Shown: piece by piece, positions 1 to 8,003 of the stretch
Position numbering within the stretch: position 1 is the first letter of the stretch
How the letters are laid out: each line of letters begins with the position of its first letter
DNA from: Myxococcales bacterium
GTDB taxonomy: Bacteria; Myxococcota_A; UBA9042; JABWCM01; BTVJ01
Length of the DNA stretch: 13,133 nt
Assembly: GCA_045863395.1 (NCBI GenBank)
Contig: BTVJ01000138.1
Span: 1-13,133 of the forward strand
Direction of reading: 5' to 3'
Notes under the pieces: generated by a model
Databases searched by the model: none
The model's input: the letters and a program-made list of their open reading frames with translations, nothing else
What the model was told of the DNA's origin: nothing
Program-made: the position numbers and the translations under genes

Positions 1-234
1 GCCTCCTGCTCCGCCGCGAGCGCCGCCTCCGCCGCGCCCCGCGCCTCCTGCTCCGCCGCGAGCGCCGCCTCCGCCGCGCCCCGCGCCTCCTGCTCCGCCG
101 CGAGCGCCGCCTCCGCCGCGCCCCGCGCCTCCTGCTCCGCCGCGAGCGCCGCCTCCGCCGCGCCCCGCGCCTCCTGCTCCGTCGCGAGCGCCGCCTCCGC
201 CGCGCCCCGCGCCTCCTGCTCCGTCGCGAGCGCC
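1..234. repeat. 42-bp coding tandem repeat, about 5.6 copies visible, truncated by the window start
   Basis: Unit GCCTCCTGCTCCG(C/T)CGCGAGCGCCGCCTCCGCCGCGCCCCGC starts at 1, 43, 85, 127, 169 and 211 (partial). It encodes (EQEARGAAEAALA[A/T])n on the minus strand, i.e. two heptads per unit. Confidence 0.97.
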
Positions 235-1478
235 TCCTCGGCAACCGCCAGCGAGGCACGCTGACCAGCCAGGGCGGCCGCGGCCTCCGCAACCTCGTGC
301 TGGAGCGCCTCGCACGCAGCACCGGAGGTAGCGCGTGCCTCCTGCTCCTCGCGCAGCGCCGTCCGCGCCTGCTCGAGGCTCCCCGAGATCTCCTCGGCTG
401 CGGTGGTCGCCGCGTCCCGTGCGGCACGCACCTGAGCCAGGGTTGAAGCCAGCTCCTCGGAGCGCGCAACGGCCGCGTCGCGCTCGTCGAGAGCCCGCGC
501 CGCGTCTGCCTCGACCTCGGCGAGACGCCGCTGGAGGCCCTCGACGGCCTCGCTGATCGCCCCCGCGGCAGCCAGCTCCCGCTCGGCGGCGGTCCGTGCG
601 TCGCGAACCTCCTCCTGGGCCCGCCGAGCGTCGGCCTGGCCCAGCTCCACCGCCTGCTCCAGCTCGACCACGCGGGCGGCGATCGGCTCGACTCGCTCGA
701 GCTCCGCCGCAGCCCTCCGCGCGATCTCCTCCGCCGCCTGGCGCCGCTGCGCTTCGGCTTGGAGCCGCTCCTCCGCCTGCGCGAGCTGACCCTCCCGAGC
801 CTCCGCGAGCGCCTGGAGCCGCGCGGCCTCGCCCCTGAGCCGCGCGCTCTCTCCCTGCAAGGTCTCGACGTGCCCCCGGAGATCCGCGATCTCCATGGAC
901 GCCTGCTCCAGATCGGCCTCCAGTGCGTGGCGCCGGCGGTCCTGGCCCTCCCCCTCCTCCTCTGGGGCCAAGGGGCTCGGGCGCGTCCTCCCGCCCTCCT
1001 GTTCCAGGAAGACGGACTCGTCGATCACCGTGAGCTCGAGCTCGACGGGCACCCCGTCCTCGTCGACGACCTCCAGATTGAGCTCCACGGGAACGGCGCG
1101 GCGCAGGATGGCCGTCGTCCCCACGAGCCGCGTCGCGATGGTCCTGAGGTCGTCGTCGTCCAGCGGCTTGAACAGGTATGCGTCCGCCTTGGTGGGGAGC
1201 CGCCTGTGCGCCTCGAAGGTCTCGGGGCGCGCCGACGCCGAGACGATGAGCAGCGGCTGCCCGGCGAGCTGCGGATCCTTCTTGAACGTCCGGCAGTGGA
1301 TGAACCCCTGCGGCACGTCCACGCACAGCACGACCAGGTCCGGCGCATTGGCCTGAGCCCAGGCGATGCCCGCCTCCCCGCTGTCCACCCGCTGGATGGT
1401 CGTCTGGTCCGGGTCCAGCAGGCGGCGAAGCTGGCGGTCGACGGACTCGTCGGTGTCGATGACAAGGATGGAGATCAT
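1..1478 (-). CDS. frzS: FrzS-like protein: N-terminal atypical (pseudo-)receiver domain plus long coiled coil; 3' end runs off the window
   Basis: Hand translation from ATG 1478: MISILVIDTDESVDRQLRRLLDPDQTTIQRVDSGEAGIAWAQANAPDLVVLCVDVPQGFIHCRTFKKDPQLAGQPLLIVSASARPETFEAHRRLPTKADAYLFKPLDDDDL..., then A/E/R/Q-rich heptads. Open for about 492 codons to the window edge, so it is missing from the ORF track. The receiver matches my recollection of M. xanthus FrzS (PDLVVLAVD...C..LKKD...F..HRKL...ADEY..KP). Orthology is not verified. Confidence 0.78.
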   Translation of the reverse strand, partial: MISILVIDTDESVDRQLRRLLDPDQTTIQRVDSGEAGIAWAQANAPDLVVLCVDVPQGFIHCRTFKKDPQLAGQPLLIVSASARPETFEAHRRLPTKADAYLFKPLDDDDLRTIATRLVGTTAILRRAVPVELNLEVVDEDGVPVELELTVIDESVFLEQEGGRTRPSPLAPEEEGEGQDRRRHALEADLEQASMEIADLRGHVETLQGESARLRGEAARLQALAEAREGQLAQAEERLQAEAQRRQAAEEIARRAAAELERVEPIAARVVELEQAVELGQADARRAQEEVRDARTAAERELAAAGAISEAVEGLQRRLAEVEADAARALDERDAAVARSEELASTLAQVRAARDAATTAAEEISGSLEQARTALREEQEARATSGAACEALQHEVAEAAAALAGQRASLAVAEEALATEQEARGAAEAALATEQEARGAAEAALAAEQEARGAAEAALAAEQEARGAAEAALAAEQEARGAAEAALAAEQE

Positions 1479-1569
1479 CTGGGTTGTCGCCCGGTGCCTT
1501 GCTGTGGGACAGCGGCGGCCCTGCCGGTCGGCGAGCCGCGGAGTCCTTCGTGCTCCCCCCGGACCGCGC

Positions 1570-1599
1570 ATCCTAGAAGCCACCCGGCGGATGTGTCAA
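1570..1599 (-). promoter_or_regulatory. Putative sigma70-type promoter of the frzS-like gene
   Basis: Minus strand reads TTGACA (1599-1594), 18-nt spacer, TAGGAT (1575-1570), about 90 bp upstream of ATG 1478. A perfect -35 box stands out in GC-rich DNA. Confidence 0.6.
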
Positions 1600-1803
1600 C
1601 GCCGCTCGTGCGCCAGGCGCAATGGGCTGGAAACCGTAAGCAGATGCACGCGGGAGGCGGGGGCGACGGAGGCGAGCCAGTCGCAAGAGCCGCCGCAGGT
1701 CGCGCCGGCCACGACCCGTCGGGGACGCCGCTCACCCCGCTGCCGACCCAGGCGCGCTGGGCCTCGGGCTTCGCAGCACCTGCCGCCACCGCGGACGAAG
1801 CCG

Positions 1804-1833
1804 TTGACGCGCCCCCCCCGCCGAGACGACAAT
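1804..1833 (+). promoter_or_regulatory. Putative sigma70-type promoter of the metalloprotease gene
   Basis: TTGACG (1804-1809), 18-nt spacer, GACAAT (1828-1833), followed by an RBS-like GAGGTG (1852-1857) and ATG 1862. Confidence 0.4.
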
Positions 1834-1861
1834 CCGGGGGCTTCAACCGACGAGGTGCTCG

Positions 1862-4800
1862 ATGGGTCGCGTGCTCCACCGTGTGCTCGCAGTTTGCGTT
1901 CTCGCCCTCACCGCCTGCGCCCAGGACCTGGGCGACATCGACCGGACCCAGGCGGGGCTCCTGCGCAAGACCCTCTTCGAGGGGGAGTGGCTCATGCGCC
2001 GGACCGTCATCGACGCCCCCTACGACACGGGGTGGACCTTCATCGGGGAGCAGGACGAGGCGGTGCGCATCCGGTGGGACATCCAGGCGGACAAGCTCGT
2101 GGCCTGGCGGGTGACGCCCCACGTGGACGGGACGGAGGACGCGGCCCCCGCAGGGGCCTGGCCCATCGAGGCCCACGTGGACGTCAAGCGCCAGTACAGC
2201 GAGGCGACCGGCGAGCAGTCCAACGTCATCGAGGAGAACACGAGCGACCGCCTGTGGTTCGAGCGCGAGTACATCCGCGTGGACTGGTCCAACAACCTGG
2301 TGCGCAGCTTCGCGTTCGTGGTGGACGGCCTGGCGCAGCAGCCGCTGTCCCACGCGCTGTGGGACCCGGCCGACCCGGATCGCTTCCTGGTCGGGGTGCG
2401 GACCTCGGAGGGCTGGACGGACACCCAGGACGACCGGGCCATCCGCGACCTGAAGGAGGCCCACTACATCGACTACGTGACCCGGGTGGCCGTGGAGCCG
2501 GACACGGTGGCCTTCGACGATGGGTACGGGGGCATCGTGGAGGAGCCGGCGTGCTGGTACTACCTGACCTACGACTGCGCGCCGGGAGTGGTGTCCGTGC
2601 GCAGCTCCTTCGTCCGCGTCGACGCGGTTGCCACGGGCTACGCCCCCCTGCCCTACCCGGACAACCGGGTGGCAAGAGATGGCGACGGCAAGCCCATCCG
2701 GGTGCGGTGGAACGAGGACGGCGACCTGGAGCGGGCCGCGACCGCGACGAAGGGGACCGGGGCTGCCTCGGCCACTACGCCGTCGAACCCCTACGCCGAG
2801 ACCGACACGTCGGTGGCGCGCATCCCGTACTTCGACAAGTTCGGCTACTTCCGCATCGAGCGGGGCGGCTACGATCCGCTCTACGGCGAGGTGGAGAGCA
2901 GCAAGACGTACCTGGCCACCCTCTGGAACATCTGGCAGCGCTCGCGCGGAGACGACGGGAGCGCCCTACCCTACCGAGAGCGCGGCTACCGGCCCATCAT
3001 CTATTACTTGTCGCCTGGCTTTCCCGAGCGTCTGCGGGATGCCGCCCAGCGGTCCGTCGACCAGTGGAACGAGGCGCTGCTGGCGACGGTGAAGGTGCTG
3101 GACCCGGATGGCGACCCGCCGAGGCTCTTCGAGCTGCGGGAGAACACCCGCACGGTGGATCCCGAGAGCGGGAAGGTCCTGACGCGCGGCGAGGTCATGG
3201 GCGACCTGCGGTACAGCCACCTCTGGCTCGTGGAGCAGCCGACGCGGGTGGGGCTTCTCGGCTACGGGCCCTCGGCGATCGACCCGCTGACCGGCGAGAT
3301 CCTCTCCGCGGACGCCTTCATCTATGGCGCGGCGGGCCTGGAGCTGGCGGCCCGCGGGCGGGACATGGTGGAGCTGATCAACGGGCGCCTGGACCCCCAG
3401 GAGCTGGCCCTTGGCGACGCGGTGGCGCAGGCGATCACCACCGGGGCGACCAAGGTGGTGCCGCAGAGCGCGGCCAAGGTGAAGGAGATCGCCAAGGCGC
3501 ACCGGGGCGCCGCGCCGACCGCGAACGCATCCGCCACCAAGGCGAAGGGGCCGCCCAAGGCCAAGACGGCCCCGAAGGCTGCGGCCAAGCTGGCCCGCCC
3601 GGCGGGCTGGGCGGACGCGCGCCTGGGCGTGGCGAAGGGCACGTCCCTGGAGGCGCTCCTGGCGTCGGACGCCCAGATCGTGGCTCTCAAGGGGGGCGGG
3701 ACCCCGAACCTCGCCCGCACGTCCCCCCTGCGCTGGGCGACCCCGGCCCACCGCCGCGCGGTCCGCGAGCGTATGCGTACACTGGCGAAGCGCACCATCA
3801 TGCTCGCCCCCCTGGTGGACGACGCCGTCGCGGGCCTCGCCATCGAGCTGAAGGACGAGGCGCCGGACAAGGTCGTCCTCCGATTGGAAGAAGCGATCAT
3901 GCGCTCGACCATGGAGCACGAGATCGGCCACACCCTGGGGCTGCGCCACAACTTCGAGGGGTCGACGGACGCCCTGAACTACCACGACGGCTACTGGGAC
4001 CTGCGCGGCGAGGACGGGGAGCCCCTCGACGAGCAGACCGACGCCCAGGTGAAGGGCCGCATGCGCGAGCTCCAGTACAGCTCCATCATGGACTACGCCG
4101 GGCGGTTCAACATGGACACGGCGGGCCTGGGGCGCTACGACCGGGCGGCCATCGCGTTCGGCTACGGGGGCCTGGTCGAGGTCTTCGAGCAGGCGCCGGA
4201 CGACCCGCTCCTGGAGCTGGTCGCCTTCGACGACGACACCTACGACCGGCCGTTCACGCTCGACGGCGTGCTCCGCGACCTGCGCCACTACACGCGGATC
4301 CCGTCGCTGCTGGGCGGCAAGGCCGGCATGCGCAAGCGGACGCTGGTCCCTTATACGGAGGACGTGGCCGCGCTCATGGGGCGCCCCGCAAAGGACGCCT
4401 ACGCCGCACAGCTCACGGGCGACGCCCCGTGGACCCGCTGGGAGGTCCCCTACCGCTTCTGCTCCGACGAGTACGAGGGCGCCACGGCCACCTGCCACGT
4501 CTACGACGCAGGCGCCGACGCGCACGAGATCGTCGCCGACGCCGTCGAGCGCTGGCGCGCGTGGTACTGGTTCTACGCCTTCCGCCGTGATCGCATCCTC
4601 TTCGACGAGTGGGACTACATGGACGTGATGTGGGGCCGCACCTACGGCCTCATCCAGCTCGTCTACCAGGGCTGGGTCTTCGACCAGTGGTTCAAGGCGG
4701 ACACCTGGGAATGGCTGCGCCAGGACCCCGACGGCTTCGGCATCGAGGACGCGCCGTGGGAGGAGGCCGCCGACGCGGGCCTCGCGGGCACGGCCGCGGC

Positions 4801-5719
4801 GCAGCAGGGCCTGCGGTTCCTCTTCGAGGTGCTCGCCACGCCGGAGCCCGGCGCCTACATCTGGGACCCGGAGGACGCCTACTCGTGGCAGTTCGACACC
4901 GCCCCCATGGACCGGTGCAAGGGCGAGCTCGCGTGGGAGTCGGAGGACTGGTGCGCGGACGCCAACGTCCCCCTGGGCACGGGGCGCTGGTTCCTGAGCC
5001 TCTATGATGTGGACAGCGGCTACGGCTTCTACGACCGCCTGAAGTGGGTGGGCAGCTTCTACGACAAGCTGCTCGCGCTGGAGGCCCTGACCAGCCCGGA
5101 CACGTACTTCCTGGGCATCGACACCTTCCAGTCGGCGGACGAGTGGGCCATCTCCATGAACCTGTCGTTCGGCGACGAGATCCGCCGCCTGCTCACGGGC
5201 ATCGCCGCCGACCGGTTCGACCTCTTCGCGGGCACCTTCGACAAGAAGGGCAACTGGGTCCCCCCCGACCCCTTCGGCCCCCCGGCCTCGACAAAGGGCC
5301 CGACGGGCGGCGCGGTGGACCCCCAGACCAGCTTCACGGTCCAGCTCTACGCGCTCTGGTACGGCATGGCCTGGCTCAACGCCAACTTCGACAACTCCTT
5401 CAACGACTTCGCCAAGATCTGGCTCGCGGGCTCGGGCGAGGCCATCGACGTGGACCCGGCGAAGACCGTTGCGTTCACGAACCCCTTCAACGGCCGCACC
5501 TACGTCACCCTGCGCCCGGATGCTGGCTCGCCACCAGGAGTCGGCGCGACCATGCTCGACGAGGCCCACCGCCTCCTTGGCCTCTACGACGAGGCCAAGG
5601 CCGACCCGGACGCGGACGCGGGCCTGCTCGACTACTACGCCTGGCGCGTACAGAACCTCATCGAGAACGTGGAGGTGGTGCGCGGGCTCCACGACCTGTA
5701 CGGGATGCTGGTGTTCTGA
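1862..5719 (+). CDS. Large lipoprotein zinc-dependent metalloprotease (metzincin clan), 1285 aa
   Basis: Lipobox LTA-C19 after a basic/hydrophobic signal; DPLTGEILSA motif; extended zinc motif HEIGHTLGLRH (3917-3949); Met-turn SSIMDY; RBS GAGGTG; near-total G/C third positions. Confidence 0.93.
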   Translation: MGRVLHRVLAVCVLALTACAQDLGDIDRTQAGLLRKTLFEGEWLMRRTVIDAPYDTGWTFIGEQDEAVRIRWDIQADKLVAWRVTPHVDGTEDAAPAGAWPIEAHVDVKRQYSEATGEQSNVIEENTSDRLWFEREYIRVDWSNNLVRSFAFVVDGLAQQPLSHALWDPADPDRFLVGVRTSEGWTDTQDDRAIRDLKEAHYIDYVTRVAVEPDTVAFDDGYGGIVEEPACWYYLTYDCAPGVVSVRSSFVRVDAVATGYAPLPYPDNRVARDGDGKPIRVRWNEDGDLERAATATKGTGAASATTPSNPYAETDTSVARIPYFDKFGYFRIERGGYDPLYGEVESSKTYLATLWNIWQRSRGDDGSALPYRERGYRPIIYYLSPGFPERLRDAAQRSVDQWNEALLATVKVLDPDGDPPRLFELRENTRTVDPESGKVLTRGEVMGDLRYSHLWLVEQPTRVGLLGYGPSAIDPLTGEILSADAFIYGAAGLELAARGRDMVELINGRLDPQELALGDAVAQAITTGATKVVPQSAAKVKEIAKAHRGAAPTANASATKAKGPPKAKTAPKAAAKLARPAGWADARLGVAKGTSLEALLASDAQIVALKGGGTPNLARTSPLRWATPAHRRAVRERMRTLAKRTIMLAPLVDDAVAGLAIELKDEAPDKVVLRLEEAIMRSTMEHEIGHTLGLRHNFEGSTDALNYHDGYWDLRGEDGEPLDEQTDAQVKGRMRELQYSSIMDYAGRFNMDTAGLGRYDRAAIAFGYGGLVEVFEQAPDDPLLELVAFDDDTYDRPFTLDGVLRDLRHYTRIPSLLGGKAGMRKRTLVPYTEDVAALMGRPAKDAYAAQLTGDAPWTRWEVPYRFCSDEYEGATATCHVYDAGADAHEIVADAVERWRAWYWFYAFRRDRILFDEWDYMDVMWGRTYGLIQLVYQGWVFDQWFKADTWEWLRQDPDGFGIEDAPWEEAADAGLAGTAAAQQGLRFLFEVLATPEPGAYIWDPEDAYSWQFDTAPMDRCKGELAWESEDWCADANVPLGTGRWFLSLYDVDSGYGFYDRLKWVGSFYDKLLALEALTSPDTYFLGIDTFQSADEWAISMNLSFGDEIRRLLTGIAADRFDLFAGTFDKKGNWVPPDPFGPPASTKGPTGGAVDPQTSFTVQLYALWYGMAWLNANFDNSFNDFAKIWLAGSGEAIDVDPAKTVAFTNPFNGRTYVTLRPDAGSPPGVGATMLDEAHRLLGLYDEAKADPDADAGLLDYYAWRVQNLIENVEVVRGLHDLYGMLVF

Positions 5720-5759
5720 GACAGGGGAACACCTGCTGGAGCCGACGTGTTGGGCGTCC

Positions 5760-5783
5760 GGCGCGCCACGTGGGGGGCGCGCC
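5760..5783 (+). terminator. GC-rich hairpin between the protease and MBL genes (possible terminator or RNA-stability element)
   Basis: GGCGCGCC-acgtgggg-GGCGCGCC forms an 8-bp stem, followed only by TTCA with no real U-tract. Confidence 0.2.
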
Positions 5784-5798
5784 TTCACCGGAGGGACC

Positions 5799-6899
5799 AT
5801 GTCGCCGTTCGGACGCCGAGCCAACGGAGCGCGCCGCGAGCGCCTCCTCGCCTCTCCCCGCTTCGCCGGCGGGGTGTTCCACAACACCAACGGCGCGCGC
5901 CCGGGGCTAAAGCCTGGATCGGCCGGGGCGCTGGCCGGGGAGTACTTCCGCGGCGGGAGGCGCCGGGTGCCCGTCGCGCCGCTGCCCGCGGAGAGCCCGC
6001 TCGATGTGTGGCGGCGCCCCCCGGAGACCGGCCTCCGCACCACCTGGCTCGGGCACTCGACGCTGCTCCTCGAGATCGACGGAGCCCGCGTGCTGACCGA
6101 CCCGGTGTGGGGAGAGCGGGTGTCGCCGACGCGCATGGCGGGGCCCAAGCGGTTCCAGCCGGTGCCTGTGCCAGTCAGCGGGCTCCCGCCCCTGGACGCC
6201 GTCGTGATCTCCCACGACCACTACGACCACCTGGACGCGCCCACGATTAGGGCGCTGGCCCTGACGGACGTGCCCTTCATCACGTCGCTGGGCGTGGGCG
6301 TGCACCTGGAGGCGTGGGGGGTGCCGCCCGAGCGCATCACGGAGCTCGACTGGTGGGAGCAGGTGGAGGTCGGCGCCCTCACGATCACGGCGGCACCGTC
6401 CCAGCACTTCTCGGGGCGCGCGCTGGGGGACCGCAACCGGACCCTGTGGTCGTCCTTCGCCCTGCGGGGACCCCGGCACGGGGTCTTCTTCAGCGGCGAC
6501 ACGGGCCTCACGCCCGAGTACGGTGACATCGCTTCACGGCTCGGCCCCTTCGACCTCGTGATGCTGGAGGTGGGCGCGTTCCACCCCGCCTGGGGCCACA
6601 TCCACCTCGGGCCCGACAACGCGCTGGAGGCGCTGGCGCTCCTCGGCGGTGGGAGCTTCCTGCCGATCCACTGGGGGACGTTCTCTTTGGCGCTCCACGA
6701 CTGGGACGAGCCCGCAGAGCGGCTGCTGGAGGTGGCCCCGACCCGAGGCGTGCACCTGGTGATGCCGCGGCTCGGCGACCCGGTGGAGCCGGACCGCGCC
6801 GTCCTCACTCCCTGGTGGCGCGAGGTGACGGCGCTGGAGGTGTCGCGCCCAGTGGACTCCGAGGAGCCTCCCGTCCTCTTGGGCGACCCCGTGGACTGA
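5799..6899 (+). CDS. MBL-fold metallo-hydrolase (NAPE-PLD/RomA-like subgroup), 366 aa
   Basis: Motifs TWLGHS, TDPVW, SHDHYDHLD (HxHxDH), PSQHFSGR, FSGDTG and PIHWGTF. Start reassigned from 5469 to ATG 5799 (GGAGGG just upstream; removes the overlap with the protease). Confidence 0.92.
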   Translation: MSPFGRRANGARRERLLASPRFAGGVFHNTNGARPGLKPGSAGALAGEYFRGGRRRVPVAPLPAESPLDVWRRPPETGLRTTWLGHSTLLLEIDGARVLTDPVWGERVSPTRMAGPKRFQPVPVPVSGLPPLDAVVISHDHYDHLDAPTIRALALTDVPFITSLGVGVHLEAWGVPPERITELDWWEQVEVGALTITAAPSQHFSGRALGDRNRTLWSSFALRGPRHGVFFSGDTGLTPEYGDIASRLGPFDLVMLEVGAFHPAWGHIHLGPDNALEALALLGGGSFLPIHWGTFSLALHDWDEPAERLLEVAPTRGVHLVMPRLGDPVEPDRAVLTPWWREVTALEVSRPVDSEEPPVLLGDPVD

Positions 6900-6986
6900 C
6901 GCGCCGCGGCGTGTGCCTCCACTCGGGCGCCGCCCCGGAACAACGCCGCACATGCAAGCGTTGGCCACCCACACACGGAGGACGAA

Positions 6987-7946
6987 ATGGACGAGATCAC
7001 GAGGCGCGACGCGATGATCAAGGCGGCCGGGGTGGTGGCGGGAATCGCGGGAGCGGCGGTCGTGGGCGCCGCGGTGATGCCGGGCGCCGAGGCTGGGTCG
7101 GGAGCCAAGGCGGCCGCAGGTGAGCCCGGTCGGAACGAGCTCCTCACCGCGAAGGCAATGCCCACCGTCTACCTCCCCCACGGTGGAGGCCCGTGGCCCT
7201 TTGTAGACCTCGGCTTCGACCGCGCCGAGCTCGACCACCTGGCGACGTGGCTGAGGGCACTCCCGACGCTTCCTGCGACACCACCACGGGCCGTGCTCGT
7301 GATCTCCGCCCACTGGGAGGAGTCGGCCCCCACCGTGATGACCTCCGCGCGGCCGCCGATGCTCTACGACTACTATGGCTTCCCACCCGCATCCTATGAG
7401 ATCACCTGGCCGGCTCCGGGCGATCCGGCCCTGGCGGCCCGGGTGCGCGAGCTGCTGAACGCCGCGGGCTTCTCCACGGCGGAGGACGCCCACCGCGGCT
7501 TCGACCACGGCACCTTCGTGCCGCTCAAGCTGGCGTGGCCGGCTGCGGACATCCCCACCGTGCAGCTCTCGCTCAAGCGCGGGCTGGACCCGGCAGAGCA
7601 CCTCGCCATGGGGAGGGCGCTGGCGCCGCTGCGCAGCGAGGGCGTCTACCTGGTGGGCAGCGGCATGTCCTACCACAACATGCGCGGCTTCGGGAGCGCC
7701 GCTGGCCGGGCGGTCGCCGACGCCTTCGACGCGTGGCTCCAGGAGACGGCAGCCCTCCCCGCCGCCGAGCGCGACGCTCGGCTGGTCGCGTGGGCCCAGG
7801 CCCCGAGCGCCCGCCTGGCGCACCCGCGCGAGGAGCACCTCCTGCCGCTCATGGTCGTCGCGGGGGCGGCCGGCGCCGACCTGGGCACGACGGCGTGGTC
7901 GGGCAACGTGCTCGGCGTCCGGGTCTCGGGCGTGCGGTTCGGGTAG
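6987..7946 (+). CDS. Class III extradiol ring-cleavage dioxygenase (LigB/DODA/YgiD-like) with a Tat-like N-terminal extension
   Basis: Motifs LPHGGGP, VISAHWE, YDYYGFP, RGFDHGTFVPL, VQLSL, GSGMSYHN and AHPREEHLLPL. RBS GGAGGA precedes ATG 6987. The catalytic domain begins at Met58 (ATG 7158), which is an alternative start. Confidence 0.92.
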   Translation: MDEITRRDAMIKAAGVVAGIAGAAVVGAAVMPGAEAGSGAKAAAGEPGRNELLTAKAMPTVYLPHGGGPWPFVDLGFDRAELDHLATWLRALPTLPATPPRAVLVISAHWEESAPTVMTSARPPMLYDYYGFPPASYEITWPAPGDPALAARVRELLNAAGFSTAEDAHRGFDHGTFVPLKLAWPAADIPTVQLSLKRGLDPAEHLAMGRALAPLRSEGVYLVGSGMSYHNMRGFGSAAGRAVADAFDAWLQETAALPAAERDARLVAWAQAPSARLAHPREEHLLPLMVVAGAAGADLGTTAWSGNVLGVRVSGVRFG

Positions 7947-7959
7947 CCAAAGACCGCTT

Positions 7960-7992
7960 CAGCGCAATGGCGCTGCTGCCGTCGCAAGGCAG
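7960..7992. terminator. Two small adjacent hairpins between convergent genes
   Basis: CAGCGC-aatg-GCGCTG (7960-7975) and CTGCC-gtcgcaa-GGCAG (7976-7992) in the 57-bp convergent gap; short stems and no U-tract. Confidence 0.2.
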
Positions 7993-8003
7993 GCACGTGC
8001 GCG

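Noticed and set aside
1..234. Repeat array as a possible CRISPR
   Set aside because: Units are contiguous with no unique spacers, the length is a multiple of 3 and in frame within a CDS, and no cas genes are present.
335..2114. Plus-strand ORFs 335..556, 596..838, 759..2114 and 895..1356
   Set aside because: Antisense to the FrzS-like gene, whose minus-strand frame has clear receiver and coiled-coil features.
5469..5798. ORF-track N-terminal extension of the MBL hydrolase
   Set aside because: It overlaps the protease 3' end; the RBS and family-like sequence begin at ATG 5799.
1366..6148. Very long alternative ORFs (1366..4590 +, 2966..6148 -, 1475..2464 -)
   Set aside because: Off-frame and antisense shadows of the GC3-biased protease gene; R/G/P-rich with no recognisable motifs.
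5799..6899. MBL-fold gene as a beta-lactam resistance gene
   Set aside because: The motif set (HDHYDH, QHFSGR, PIHWGTF) fits the NAPE-PLD/RomA-like hydrolases, and there is no signal peptide typical of class B beta-lactamases.
6950..6968. Sigma54-like TGGC...TTGC on the minus strand upstream of the dioxygenase, and a similar GG..GC near 1628-1641
   Set aside because: GG-to-GC spacing is 9 nt rather than the required 10, and the first site points away from the gene.
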